64,000 nucleotides of DNA from Eledone cirrhosa (taxonomy: Eukaryota), in the NCBI GenBank assembly GCA_964016885.1, contig OZ024743.1, forward strand, positions 113,150,001-113,214,000, in the 5' to 3' direction. Numbering within the stretch: the first letter of the stretch is position 1; each line of letters opens with the position of its first letter. Below, piece by piece: positions 12,528-25,999 of the stretch. The notes beneath the pieces are model-generated. The model had not been told where the DNA came from. It saw only the letters and a list, made by a program, of their open reading frames with translations, and did not search any database. The position numbers were made by a program, and so were the translations under genes.

Positions 12528-13225
12528 TGTGTGTGTTTGTATGTTCGTGGTTATGTGTATGTTTATGCATATACGCACATGTATGTGTGATTATACTGAT
12601 ATGTGTGAGTATGGAAAAAAATATATTTATATGCTTGACTCCATAAGTATCATTGCGTATCTTATCAGCGCTTTAAGCTTACAGAGATATTAACCTTGAA
12701 ATTTTGTGTTTGCATCCATCTTTTTAGTATGCACATACAAATTATACACACATTATTGTAAAATATGTGTAAGGTTTTTACATGTATATACACACACCAA
12801 ACTGCTTTTAACCCTTTGTGTTTTCATTGGTCAATTTTGAACTGATATTTTGAATTGTTGTTATTATCAATAAATATACTTCATTATTTCTGAAGACGGC
12901 GTATATATGAGTTAGGTATGTATATTTAATCTTGATAATTTGTATAATTTTGCATAATTTTGTACATAGATCTGTTAAATATGCATACCAATTATAACAC
13001 ATATATACCCTAGAAACGATCGTTAAATAGTGAACTTTTTTTGTTTAATATAAGGAATTGTTTGTTCATTATTTGTTTAATATTTTATCTTGACTCTGTA
13101 TACCGTTTATCTTTCACCGAAAGTGGATTTTCATTACATCTCTTCTTTCCATGATATCCGGAATACATTGAGTTCTTCATACGGATTGGACACTACCGTA
13201 AACTCTTGGTAGATTTATCTACATA
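12528..13225 (+). repeat. 3' pseudo-LTR containing HHR at 12880-13034
   Basis: Direct repeat of 6433-7130; ends in (TA)n. Confidence 0.95.
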
Positions 13226-13309
13226 TATATATATATATATATATTAGAAAGTGAGGTTTTTTTTACAAAATGAAAAATAAGCGAGGTGTCCTACAAGAGT
13301 GAAAGTATA

Positions 13310-14392
<1,083 letters not shown>

Positions 14393-14427
14393 GACATGTA
14401 TAAATACCAGAAATTTACATTGACAGT

Positions 14428-14480
14428 TGGCTTTCTGATGATTTCCTCCGACTGAAACAGTTCTAGTCCTGTAGAAGCTA
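14428..14480 (+). ncRNA. Type I hammerhead in a short PLE tail fragment (~14400-14563)
   Basis: tggcttt CTGATGA tttcctccgact GAAACAG ttctagtc CTGTA^gaagcta. A second copy is at 51776-51827. Confidence 0.75.
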
Positions 14481-14576
14481 TTTCTATATTAAATTACTTT
14501 TACTCTGCTATGTATTGAGTACCTTACTTACTGTGGTTATCCACGATTTAACCCGGGATCTACATATATATATTAT

Positions 14577-14885
14577 ATAATATAAGATCAAAAGATGGTT
14601 AAAGGAGTTCCATGTATTTTATTATGCGCATTTCAAAAACAAACATCATCATGCAATAATATTTGTGTTTTCATCAGATAAAACAGGAGAACATGATATG
14701 AAGGCTAAAAAACACTTATGTTGATTTAAAACTGCACTATCCACAAGTGTTTTTTAGCCTTCATATCATGTTCTCCTGTTTTATCTGATGAAAACACAAA
14801 TATTATTGCATGATGATGTTTGTTTTTGAAATGCGCATAATAAAATACATGGAACTCCTTTAACCATCTTTTGATCTTATATTAT
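14577..14885. mobile_element. Perfect fold-back PLE tail with HHRs at 14615-14685 (-) and 14777-14847 (+)
   Basis: ~140-bp inverted arms. tgttttat CTGATGA aaacacaaatattatt..gatgatgtttgttttt GAAA tgcgca TA^ataaaata. Confidence 0.85.
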
Positions 14886-14997
14886 GTATACTCCAGTCCT
14901 ACAAACTGTAGAGTGCTTCTTATCCGATATCTGCATTGCTTTATTGTACTACAATAAAACTCACCTCCTACATATATATGTATATACACCTTCGAAA

Positions 14998-15049
<52 letters not shown>

Positions 15050-15062
15050 CATACATACATAC

Positions 15063-15110
<48 letters not shown>

Positions 15111-15148
15111 TCACTCACTCACTAAAGTGAAATGAAGGATATCAGGTT

Positions 15149-16392
15149 ATCAGGTTGTTCGGAAATGAATGCAGATTTTTATACATTAAGCTTAAAACGA
15201 TATATCTCAGCATAGAATATACTATATTATTCTACATAAAAACCATTCTGCCAACAAGTACAAGTTTATTGATTCCGGTAACGTAGAATACTGATGTTCT
15301 GTAGACATTGAATTCAGTATTTTTGCTGCTGTGTTGTTAAAGATTTCCGCTCAAGAATATATTGAAATGTTTGAAAAAGCAGTAGTCATTTGATGTAAGA
15401 TCCGGGAGTATGGTGGATAAGAGTTTTGTAACCCAATTCTTTCAACTTCTGAGGCATTGGTTTGTAGACCTGTCAACTCTCCTCAACCTACGAGATCCCC
15501 CATCCACTTTGGGGTGGGTGAGAGATGTCTTCTCTTGTGAAAATGGGTATAGCTTTCATTATGTAAAATCTCCTCATTTTACCTCATTTCTCCCAGTTTG
15601 AGGGCACTTTTTTCATGGTACTCTCCGTTTGGGTTTTTAGAAGTTGGCAGGTCTGGGTTTGTGTGAGGATGGGACTTTTTGCATTGACCAATACGGAACA
15701 TATTTCGTGACATTACATATTCAGGATTAGGAAAACTGTGGTGGCTTAATCTTTTGGTGTAACTTCGATTTGGAAAGTGTTTGGCTCCATCTTGGTCAAC
15801 CCAGTGTAGAACGTCATCAATTATTGTGTAGGATCCTTCTCTAATCGCACATAACAATGCGATTAAGAAATGGGTCATTTTGTTGTGCAAAAGAAACGAA
15901 GAACAGATTTCATAACGACGATTTTTCTGGTTTTCATTCAATTTATGTGGCATCCATTTTCCAAGCTTCTTCGACTATCCAACTCGGTGCAAATGTTCAG
16001 AAATTGTTCTAACGCTTATATCTAGCTCCCCCGCATTGAACGATGATTTGCCTTCATCAAAGCCAAATTCATCGTTACCATTGATAGAAGGCTCCCTTCC
16101 TTATCTTCAAGAGTGAATACACCACAACAGAAATTTCGAAACCAACGTTGCACTGGCGCTAATTTTAAACTCATAGAAATAAATTTAACGACAATCCTGA
16201 CTTGACATCTTAAAAAATTTGAAAATCCCACAAACTATAATTTATATTTAAAATGGATAACATATATAGAAAGGGTATAAATAAGCTTTAACGTGATACA
16301 TAATTCTACACACCTCACGTAAGTTTTTATTTAAAACATGTTGAAATAAATAAATACATAAAACCTGTATTCATTCCTGAACAACCTATTAT
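15149..16392 (-). mobile_element. Degenerate mariner transposon
   Basis: Imperfect TIRs tatcaggttgttcggaaatgaatgcag / ctgtattcattcctgaacaacctatta. Minus-strand GKWMPHKL (WVPHEL motif) and a frameshifted HPPYS-D-SND (YSPDL motif). Confidence 0.85.
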
Positions 16393-17262
16393 ATCTACCC
16401 CCGTCTCTCTCACTCCCTCTCTGTCCCTCAATCTCTCTTTCGAAAGAAAGAGAGAGAGACGTTGAAAGAATTGGGGTTCCTTCAATTAGTAGTGCTTTCT
16501 TGGGTCAAACTAAAAAAAAAAGAGATTACAAAATACATTTCGGCATTATTTTAGTGAGTGAGGCTTTTAACGTTAATTATATTTTGTGTGTTATGTTGAC
16601 TTAGAGTTTGTCTTAATATTTATTATATCCTGTGTAGTGTATTCATTTAAAGGGACAAGTTGTTTGCCTTAATATCTATTATATATTATGTTGAAAGAAA
16701 GGAACACATTTGTCAATGTTTTTTTTTTGTTATTTAATTTACTAAAACGAATAACATATCTATAAGGCAATACTAACATTTCTTCTTGTAGTGTTTGAGT
16801 ACGTTTGCATATCTTCTGTTTATTTTTCTTTATGGCTTCTTTTTACTGAATTGTTTCTTTTGAAAATCGTAAACATTATATAATTTGATATACACCATTT
16901 CCTTGCTGAACGAAACCATTTATGTGTACGTATCTAAATGAGCAAGGTTGTTTAAAAATATCAGCGATATCAATCATACAATGGTGCTTGCTATCGTGCC
17001 AAACCAATTTAATGATGTTTAAGCAACTATAAACGACAGTACCTGCAAATAATAGAGGTGGGGTGCATTTTTACTATTACACCAGTCTCCGGTTTTCAAA
17101 GAGTAGTTAGTTTGGTTAGAACTTTTAAAGATATATATATTCTTACTTATTTTCGACGTGTTTTGAACGAATATAGCCTTAAATTACTCATTCAACAACT
17201 ATACGGTTATGCTCATAAGCCTTATCTTGTTTTACAAGGGTAGACTGAAAGACTGAAAAGTT

Positions 17263-17478
17263 GGCACTAGAACGCTATTAGCTGTCAGTCGAAAGCAACC
17301 GATGAAAGCAAAACATCGTTTATTTCCGTATGACTACCACGCGTAAGTGGAGTTACTTAAATGAAATTTTTTTATTTTTTTTCACGCGTTTTTTATTTTT
17401 TTTTTATTAAAGCATATAGATGTAAGTGGAGTTACTTAAATGAAAATATAGGTGGCCCTTAAAAGGGCCAAATTAGAA
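17263..17478. repeat. Duplicated left end (long TIR) of the Merlin-like element
   Basis: gaaaagtt|ggcactagaacgctattagctgtcagtcgaaagc...; same as 20597-20809. Confidence 0.8.
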
Positions 17479-17624
17479 TATACCGCTGCGTTTTTACAGT
17501 TTTACTAGTTACACATACACATATATATATATATATATATACACACGGTGTCCCCTCCAAAATATATACAAACTTTGATTACTTTGCTGTTGAAGTGTGT
17601 ATACATTTGTTGGGACACTGTGTT

Positions 17625-17660
<36 letters not shown>

Positions 17661-17668
17661 CACACACC

Positions 17669-18073
17669 GGGAGAGATGACCCCTTAGCCTTTGTCAAGGC
17701 AGAATTCTAGGAGAAGGAAAACTCTGATATAACACCTGCAACCCTGATGGTATCCAATGATGTTGACTTGTTCTTCTTTTTGGTAAATATCATCTTGGTT
17801 AAGAGAGTGGGACTGGCTTTGTGCAGTGCCTTTGCTCACTATAAAAGCTTCACAGCACAGGCATTGCTTTATATCTGGAGATCTCTCTGCACTTGTCGTC
17901 ACATGGTACCATGGGCCCAGCACTGTGTCAATAGTTGTCACAAGTGTAGTGTTTGTACCAGAGTTTTCAAGTCACTGGCTGGACTAAAAAGTCACACTCG
18001 TTCAGTGCTTCGGTAGGGGTTCTCCTACATGGATATAAAGTAGTGGCCGTACTCGAAAACGAGTTGGCAGCCA

Positions 18074-18075
<2 letters not shown>
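17669..18075 (+). mobile_element. 5'-truncated RTE LINE 3' end
   Basis: CSVCTRVFKSLAGLKSH knuckle plus gtggccgtactcgaaaacgagttggcagcc tail. Absent from duplicate copy 2. Confidence 0.7.
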
Positions 18076-18161
<86 letters not shown>

Positions 18162-18164
<3 letters not shown>

Positions 18165-18392
18165 GATAAATCTACCAAGAGTTTACGGTAGTGTCATTAT
18201 TTCTGAAGACGGCATATATATGTGTTTGGTATGTATATTTAATTTTGATAATTTTGTATAATTTTGTACATAGATCTGTTGAATATGCATGCCAATTCTA
18301 ACACATATATATCCTAGAAACGATCGTTAAATAATGAACTTTTTTTGTTTAATATAAGGAACTGTTTCATTGTTTTATTCATTATTTTTTTA

Positions 18393-18400
<8 letters not shown>
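18162..18400 (+). mobile_element. Short inverted/truncated insertion of the 6.2-kb PLE family with HHR (18194-18337)
   Basis: 34-nt reverse complement of the pLTR 3' end, followed by a diverged HHR region; between (TA)n tracts. Confidence 0.85.
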
Positions 18401-18452
<52 letters not shown>

Positions 18453-18794
18453 GAGAAGGGAGAAATTTTGGGATGCTATACCTGACATAATAAAAAACCC
18501 CAATACACCCTTAACATTTGTCGGAATATCAATCACGAGAGTAGATAAATAAATATATAAATACATAAATAAGAAATGATAGAAAAGGAAAAGAAAATCC
18601 CTACATTATGTAATATTCCCAGTCACCCCTAAATTTCAAAAGCGGGGGGGGGGGGAAGTCCGAGGGTTAAAATCCCAAATGATGGTACCTCAAATACTAG
18701 TGTATCCCTTCGCATTACAGTTTAAAGCAATACATATGATCGCTTTGATGACTCTTATTCGTTTCTAAGGGTCTCGTTTTTTTCTCTTCTTTCT

Positions 18795-18836
<42 letters not shown>

Positions 18837-18844
<8 letters not shown>

Positions 18845-19076
18845 GTTAAAAGAATAGAGGTGTAACACACAAGTTATTATATATTGGTAAACGGAATAGA
18901 CAATGCTGACAAATTGTTCACAGTTGAAAAATGGTTTAATTAGGAATAAAAGAGTATTAGTGATTGTATGGGTTAGAATACTAACCCATACAATCACTAA
19001 TACTCTTTTATTCCTAATTAAACCATTTTTCAACTGTGAACAATTTGTCAGCATTTTCTATTCCGTTTACCAATAT
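18837..19076. mobile_element. Fold-back PLE-type tail fragment in (TA)n
   Basis: ~95-bp near-perfect hairpin centred on gggttag-aata-ctaaccc. Absent from copy 2. Confidence 0.7.
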
Positions 19077-20874
19077 ATATATATATATATATATATGTCA
19101 AAATCTTTCCCTCTGTCTATCTCTTTTCCTCTCTGTCTATCTTTTGCCATAAAAACGATAATGATAATCAATTCAATTAAGAAATATATATATATAAATA
19201 TATATATATATTATTAGTATTATTATTAAAATTAAATACCATTTATTCTGCGGCAGAGAGCTTCATCTTCTCCATCATTCGCTCCTCCAGAATCGTAGTA
19301 CTGGTCGTTATTGTATGTGTGTGTTTCTGCGTGTGTGTATATATATATGTGTGGTGTGTGTGTGTATGTATGTGTATATATGTTTGCGATCGCCCGTCGT
19401 GAGGAGAATGCTGTGTATATATTCACATATTTAGAGGTAATATCACGTGAACACAATCACGTGACAATTCACATTATTCTTTCAAAAGGAAAAGTTTGGC
19501 GCCATTTTTCTTTCAAAAGGAAAAGTTTAGCGCCATCTCTTAATGTTGTCTGAAGCTGAGGAACCGGGGTTATTCCATTTCTGTCAACAACTTACTGGCG
19601 AAAAGGATCTCTTTGGATTTGTACGTGTGTTATAGAGGTATTTATTTACGCTTTAATTTATATTTTTAATTATCGTGTCTATAGTCTGCCTTTCATAGAT
19701 TATAGATTCCATACACTGGTGGTTTTTCCCTGTTTTATTGATAGTGCACTGTATATCTCTCTCTAGTGTGTTACCTTTTCAACATAGTATATTTTAAAGA
19801 GCTCAGGATTTCTTCTCCTTTGAGCACATTATTTACAGGTAATGGCGAGGGTCTATGGCTCTGTTAATTTATCGTGATATTTCGCTCCTTATAACAGTCT
19901 TTCCTATCCCTCTGTTTGGTTGAGCACACTTCTCTGAGTGGTTTTGGGCTGCCCTTTCTAGCAGCTCGTCCCTCAGAGGCCACTGGTTCACTGCACATCG
20001 TCCTTATTAAAGCAGTGGTTAGCTTTGTTGACCCATGACAAGCTTCTCTAATTTTCCCAGATCATTTGTTATTTAATTTACTAAAACGAATAACATATCT
20101 ATAAGGCAATACTAACATTTCTTCTTGTAGTGTTTGAGTACGTTTGCATGTCTTCTGTTTATTTTTCTTTATGACTTCTTTTTACTGAATTGTTTCTTTT
20201 GAAAATCATAAACATTATATAATTTGATATACACCATTTCCTTGCTGAACGAAACCATTTATTATGTGTACGTATCTAAATGAGCAAGGTTGTTTAAAAA
20301 TATCAGCGATATCAATCATACAATGGTGCTTGCTATCGTGCCAAACCAATTTAATGATGTTTAAGCAACTATAAACGACAGTACCTGCAAATAATAGAGG
20401 TGGGGTGCATTTTTACTATTACACCAGTCTCCGGTTTTCAAAGAGTAGTTAGTTTGGTTAGAACTTTTAAACATATATATATTCTTACTTATTTTCGACG
20501 TGTTTTGAACGAATATAGCCTTAAATTACTCATTCAACAACTATACGGTTATGCTCATAAGCCTTATCTTGTTTTACAAGGGTAGACTGAAAAGTTGGCA
20601 CTAGAACGCTATTAGCTGTCAGTCGAAAGCAGCCGATGAAAGCAAAACATCGTTTATTTCCGTATTACTACCACGCGTAAGTGGAGTTACTTAAATGAAA
20701 TTCTTTTTTTTTTCACGCGTTTTTTATTTTTTTTTTATTAAAGCATATAGATGTAAGTGGAGTTACTTAAATGAAAATATAGGTGGCCCTTAAAAGGGCC
20801 AAATTAGAATATACCGCTGCGTTTTTACAGTTTTACTAGTTACACATACACACATATATATATATATATATACA

Positions 20875-20953
20875 CACGGTGTCCCCTCCAAAATATATAC
20901 AATCTTTGATTACTTTGCTGTTGAAGTGTGTATACATTTTTTGGGACACTGTG
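20875..20953. mobile_element. ~80-bp Tc1-like MITE (copies at ~17544-17622 and ~63622-63708)
   Basis: cacggtgtccc...gggacactgtg inverted ends in a TA/CA context. Confidence 0.6.
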
Positions 20954-20955
20954 TT

Positions 20956-21005
<50 letters not shown>

Positions 21006-21448
21006 GAGAAGGGAGAAATTTTGGGATGCTACACCTGACATAATAAAAAACCAAAATACACCCTTAACATTTGTCGGAATATCAATCACGAGAGTAGATA
21101 AATAAATATATAAATACATAAATAAGAAATGATAGAAAAGGAAAAGAAAATCCCTACATTATGTAATATTCCCAGTCACCCCTAAATTTCAAAAGCGGGA
21201 GGGAAAAGTCCGAGGGTTAAAATCCCAAATGATGGTACCTCAAATACTAGTGTATCCCTTCGCATTACAGTTTCAAGCAATACATATGATCGCTTTGATG
21301 ACTCTTATTCGTTTCTAAGGGTCTCGTTTTTTTCTCTTCTTTCTATTATATATATATATATATGTCAAAATCTTTCCCTCTGTCTATCTCTTTCCCTCTC
21401 TGTCTATCTTTTGCCATAAAAACGATAATGATAATCAATTCAATTAAG

Positions 21449-21514
<66 letters not shown>

Positions 21515-21754
21515 AGTATTATTATTAAAATTAAATACCATTTATTCCGCGGCAGAGAGCTTCATCTTCTCCATTATTCGCTCCAGAATCGTAGTACTGG
21601 TCGTTATTGTATGTGTGTGTTTCTGCGTGTATATATATATATATATATGTGGTGTGTATGTGTTTGTGTGTATATGTATATATGTTTGCGATCGCCACTC
21701 TCGCCCTTCGTGGGGGAGAATGCTGTGTACATATTCACATATTTAGAGGTAATA

Positions 21755-21955
21755 TCACGTGAACACAATCACGTGACAATTCACATTATTCTTTCAAAAG
21801 GCAAAGTTTGGCGCCATTTTTCTTTCAAAAGGAAAAGTTTAGCGCCATCTCTTAATGTTGTCTGAAGCTGAGGAACCGGGGTTATTCCATTTCTGTCAAC
21901 AACTTACTGGCGAAAAGGATCTCTTTGGATTTGTACGTGTGTTATAGAGGTATTT
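21755..21955 (+). promoter_or_regulatory. Promoter / first-exon-like segment (duplicate at ~19443-19644)
   Basis: Two TCACGTGA E-boxes, two YY1-like GCGCCATnT motifs, local CpG enrichment, possible donor GAG|GTATTT at 21950. Confidence 0.45.
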
Positions 21956-22309
21956 ATTTACGCTTTAATTTATATTTTTAATTATCGTGTCTATAGTCTG
22001 CCTTTCATAGGTTATAGATTCCATACACTGGTGGTTTTTCCCTGTTTTATTGATAGTGCACTGTATATCTCTCTCTAGTGTGTTACCTTTTCAACATATT
22101 GTATTTTAAAGAGCTCAGGATTTCTTCTCCTTTGAGCACATTATTTACAGGTAATGGCGAGGGTCTATGGCTCCGTTAATTTATCGTGATATTTCGCTCC
22201 TTATAACAGTCTTTCCTATCCCTCTGTTTGGTTGAGCACACTTCTCTGAGTGGTTTTGGGCTGCCCTTTCTAGCAGCTCGTCCCTCAGAGGCCACTGGTT
22301 CACTGCACA

Positions 22310-22832
22310 TCGTCCTTATTAAAGCAGTGGTTAGCTTTGTTGACCCCATGACAAGCTTCTCTAGTTTTCCAAGATCATCTGTATCATCCTTATTAAAGCA
22401 ATGGTTAGCTTTACGGGCCCCATGACAAGCTTCTCTAGTGTTCCAAGATCATCTGTATCGTCCTTATTAAAGCAGTGGTTAGCTTTACGGACCCCATGAA
22501 AAGCTTCTCTAGTTTTCCAAGATCATTTGTATCATCCTTATTAAAGTAATGCTTAGCTTTATGGACTCCATGACAAGCTTCTCTAATTTTCCCAGATCAT
22601 TTGTATCATCCTGATTAAAGCAGCAGTTAGCTTTACGGACCCATGACAAGCTTCTCAAGTTTTCCCAGATCATTTGTATCATCCTTATTAAAGCAGTGGT
22701 TAGATTTTACAGACCCCATGACACGCTTCTCTAGTTTTTCCCAGATCATTTGTATCATCCTTATTAAAGCAGTGGTTAGACTTTACAGACCCCATGACAA
22801 GTTTCTCTTGTTTTTCCAGATCATTTGTATCT
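22310..22832. repeat. Minisatellite, ~74 bp x ~7
   Basis: Unit ccttattaaagcagtggttagctttacggaccccatgacaagcttctctagttttccaagatcatttgtatcat. Confidence 0.9.
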
Positions 22833-23324
22833 CTTTCAATAAACCTCTGTTGGTGATAAGAAGGGCATAACCATAATATTACATCCAATTATCTTTGTTA
22901 TAAATACTTAATTAGAGCAACTGTTTTCTAAGATGTAACAGGGGACACATTTCATATACATTCCTGTCAGTTTTGGCATGGTTTCTACAGCTAGATACTC
23001 TTTCTAGTACCAACTGATTGGTATTAGAAAGGGTATCTAGCTCAACCTACACTATATTGTTATGATTTAATACAAACATTTATCAAGCCAGTAAAATCAT
23101 ACCAAAACTATGTCAAAACATGTTATATTTGGAAAAATTGAAAGATCTGAAGAAAAAAAAAAAAAAGGTTTCATGTATTTGTTCTAATTAGGCAAGATTC
23201 CATTCCTTGAAACTTGAATATTTGTAAATAAATTCTCCAGAAATAAAGTCACTCTAATTATATTTAGTACCGAATATACTTCCATTTTTTATTGATAAAA
23301 CATTGAGGAATACAGTTTACTTAA

Positions 23325-24197
23325 CCCTTTAGCATATAAACCAGCTGTATCTGACCAGAATTCGCTCATCTCTTTCTGTTCAAACCGGCTGTAGTCGGCT
23401 GCTCATACTGATGTTAAGGTATTATTCTCAACATAAATATCAAAATCTCAGATTCGATATTATGTGAGATAATTATGTAAGGTAAAGCCTTTACCATGAA
23501 AATATAATAGTAAATATAGAGTAATGTAAATGCTAAAGGGTTAACCCTGTAGCATTTAAACTGGCCGTATCTGGCCAGAATTCTCTCACCTCTTTCTTTT
23601 CAAACCAGCTGTAACTGGCCACTTGTATTTATGCTAAGGTATTGTTCTCAAAATAAATATCAAAATCTCATAGATTTGATATAATGTGAGATAAAAATAC
23701 AAGAGTATATATAGAGTAATGTAAATGCTAAAGGTTAAATCCTTTCATTACCAGGAGAGTTACTGCTTATGAGTTTCAAATAATTTCGAAATTTATGAAG
23801 ACTTTTGAGTGTTTTAGTAATATAACTAACTTTCTCATAATTAAACTGGTATTTGGAACATAACTTAACGAAGATTCTTAAAATATGGTGGAAGATTTTT
23901 AGGTAGATAAACGCTTTTGTTTCCATATTTCTAATGAAAGACACTGTTTATGTTTCAAATAATCTTTATAAATAATCAAGAATTTGGAGTGATTTAACTA
24001 ACTTTTTCATAATTAAGCTGGTTTTTGGAATATAATTTAACCCTTTAGCATTTAAACTGGCTGTATCCGGCCAGAATTCTCTCAGCTCTTTCTGTTTAGA
24101 CCGGCCATAACTAGCTACTCATACTGATGTTAAGGTATTGTTCTCAAAATAAATATCAAAATATCATAGACTCGATATTATGTAAGATAAAGCCTTT
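23325..24197. mobile_element. Cluster of piggyBac-like MITEs (23325-23540 and 23545-23734 sharing a TTAA; 24041-24197 truncated)
   Basis: TTAA|CCC..TAGCAT...ATGCTAAAGGG|TTAA; same family as 643-1055. Confidence 0.85.
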
Positions 24198-24239
24198 AGT
24201 GTGTTACCTTTTCAACATATATATATATATATATATATA

Positions 24240-25915
24240 TAAAGAATGAATAATAACAAGTAGACATCATGAAAAGGTAATTTATTCCGTGTGCTTACAA
24301 ATGTTTCCACGGTGGTTATACAGCCTAGTTATGCTATGTGCAAATTTACAACTATTTGCAAAACTCAAATATCAAATGCTGTGACCACTGTATCATCAGA
24401 GCAGAATGGTTAAAATGTACAATGTAAATACCCTTAAGTGAGATTATTGGAGAAGATAGAGTAGAAAAAGAAGAGAGAAAAGTAGGAGAGGAAGAGAGAG
24501 AGAAAGATATGCAGGGGTTGGAGAAATAGGAGAGTGGTTTGTAGATATCTTAATCAAAATGTTATGGTAGGGGTTTTATTATACTGGTTACTCTTAGAGC
24601 GACCACCTTAAGCGATGCGTTGATAGTCAAGGTTGGAATTATTTATTGCCCCAGAGGGCAGGTTCATAGATGTGGAGAGGGAGGGAGGTGGCCAAAGGCG
24701 AGAGAGAGAGAGTGGAATGGATATAGAGGGAGAGATAGAGAGGGAGGGAGGTGGCCAAAGGCGAGAGAGAGAGAGTGGAATGGATATAGAGGGAGAGATA
24801 GAGAGGGGACAGACGAAAGCTATGGGGTGGGTGAACTTTGGGTTCGTAGTAGTAATCTGCGAATTGCACTAAGTTACCATTTATAGTGATAGGCAGGGTA
24901 TTGTCTTGTAGTGTGGGGGGAAGAGAAGGTGGATAGCTAGAAAGCGATGTTATAGTTACGGGTTCGAATGTTAAGTTATTTTATAGTGAGAGAATTTAGC
25001 TTTTAGTTTGTGGTTGCAGTATAATGATCGTTCGATTCTATCGTTAAGTAGTTTATTTTTGTATTTTAATATGTACATAACCTACAGTACTTCAATCCAC
25101 TCCGATATGCACTTGCGCTGGAAAGTATATCCCATTTTAAGGTGAACTGTTGGTTGCGTTCACGAAGTTGCCAGGTCTTGTTGGCGAGCGTGGTCACAAA
25201 ACGGTGATCAGGATGTTTAATTGAGAATCGATGACGGTACCAGCTAGATTTAAACGAGGTGGTGATAGACCCGATGTAATACCATTTCTGGTCGTTCGAT
25301 TCAACCGTGCATTGGTAAACAATGTTGGACTTTAGGCATTCATTCTTCAATGGACATCTTTCAGGTAGATAGCAGTTACAGTTTTTGTTGTGGGTAGCGG
25401 GCATACCATGGATAGGTTGTGATAGCAGTACAGGTGGGTTGTGTAATACCCGTCTCCCATTTAGTGGTTGGGAGGCAGATATTACGTTCTGCCCATCTAT
25501 TACCAAAATATTTTGTTTTGTAGTGTTGTTTAATTGCTTTAAGTTAAGTTTTTTATGTATGCTTCAAGGTTTGGTGCCGTGGAGTATGATAGTCTAATAG
25601 TTTTAGAGTTCAGAATTTTACTGTATTTATGGGAACTAGGGAAATGCTTGTTGATTAACTTAAAGAATTAAAGAGATAGTTTTGTACTAATCGAAGCATT
25701 AAAAATAGGATTATACCAGATATACTTTCTACAACGTGATTTATTTGGTGGTGATTTTCTATTATTAGTATGTCTGGTGGTACTGCGTGTGTGCGCTTGT
25801 ATTTTAGTCCCCCAGTTACGTATTCCTTGATTTCGTGTAGAGCTATGTGTGTTATGGAGATTCTTATCAATGTATTCTATTGTATCCTGGTGGTCGGCAT
25901 TCCTTAATGCATGTT
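24240..25915 (-). mobile_element. 5'-truncated, frameshifted second Naiad-type PLE (thumb end, linker, GIY-YIG, 3' UTR with HHR)
   Basis: IWYNPIFN; CNCYLPERCPLKNECLKSNIVY...YYIG...CRLC at 25066-25506, homologous to the 7283 ORF C-terminus. Ends in (TA)n. Confidence 0.9.
24292..24403 (-). ncRNA. Type I hammerhead with 85-nt stem II
   Basis: Minus strand: tgct CTGATGA tacagtggt-cacagc...gctgt-ataaccaccgtg GAAAC attt GTA^agca. Confidence 0.75.
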
Positions 25916-25999
25916 TTATATTTTTTTTTTTGTTTAGATGGAAGACAAAACAAAGAAGATGAATACAAAGATGAAGAAGATAAAGATGAAGAACCTCAC

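Larger units (their letters stand above)
6214..13225 (+). mobile_element. Full-length Penelope-like retroelement (Naiad-type), inserted in (TA)n
   Basis: Order: inverted pLTR piece 6214-6434, pLTR 6433-7130, ORF, long 3' region, pLTR 12528-13225. (TA)n lies on both flanks. Confidence 0.95.
16726..22378 (+). repeat. Tandem segmental duplication (copy 1 16726-20069; copy 2 20065-22378)
   Basis: Collinear near-identity; junction microhomology tttgt. Copy 1 has three extra inserts. Confidence 0.9.

Noticed and set aside
22310-22832. CRISPR-like regular repeat
   Set aside because: No unique spacers and no cas genes; it is a eukaryotic minisatellite.
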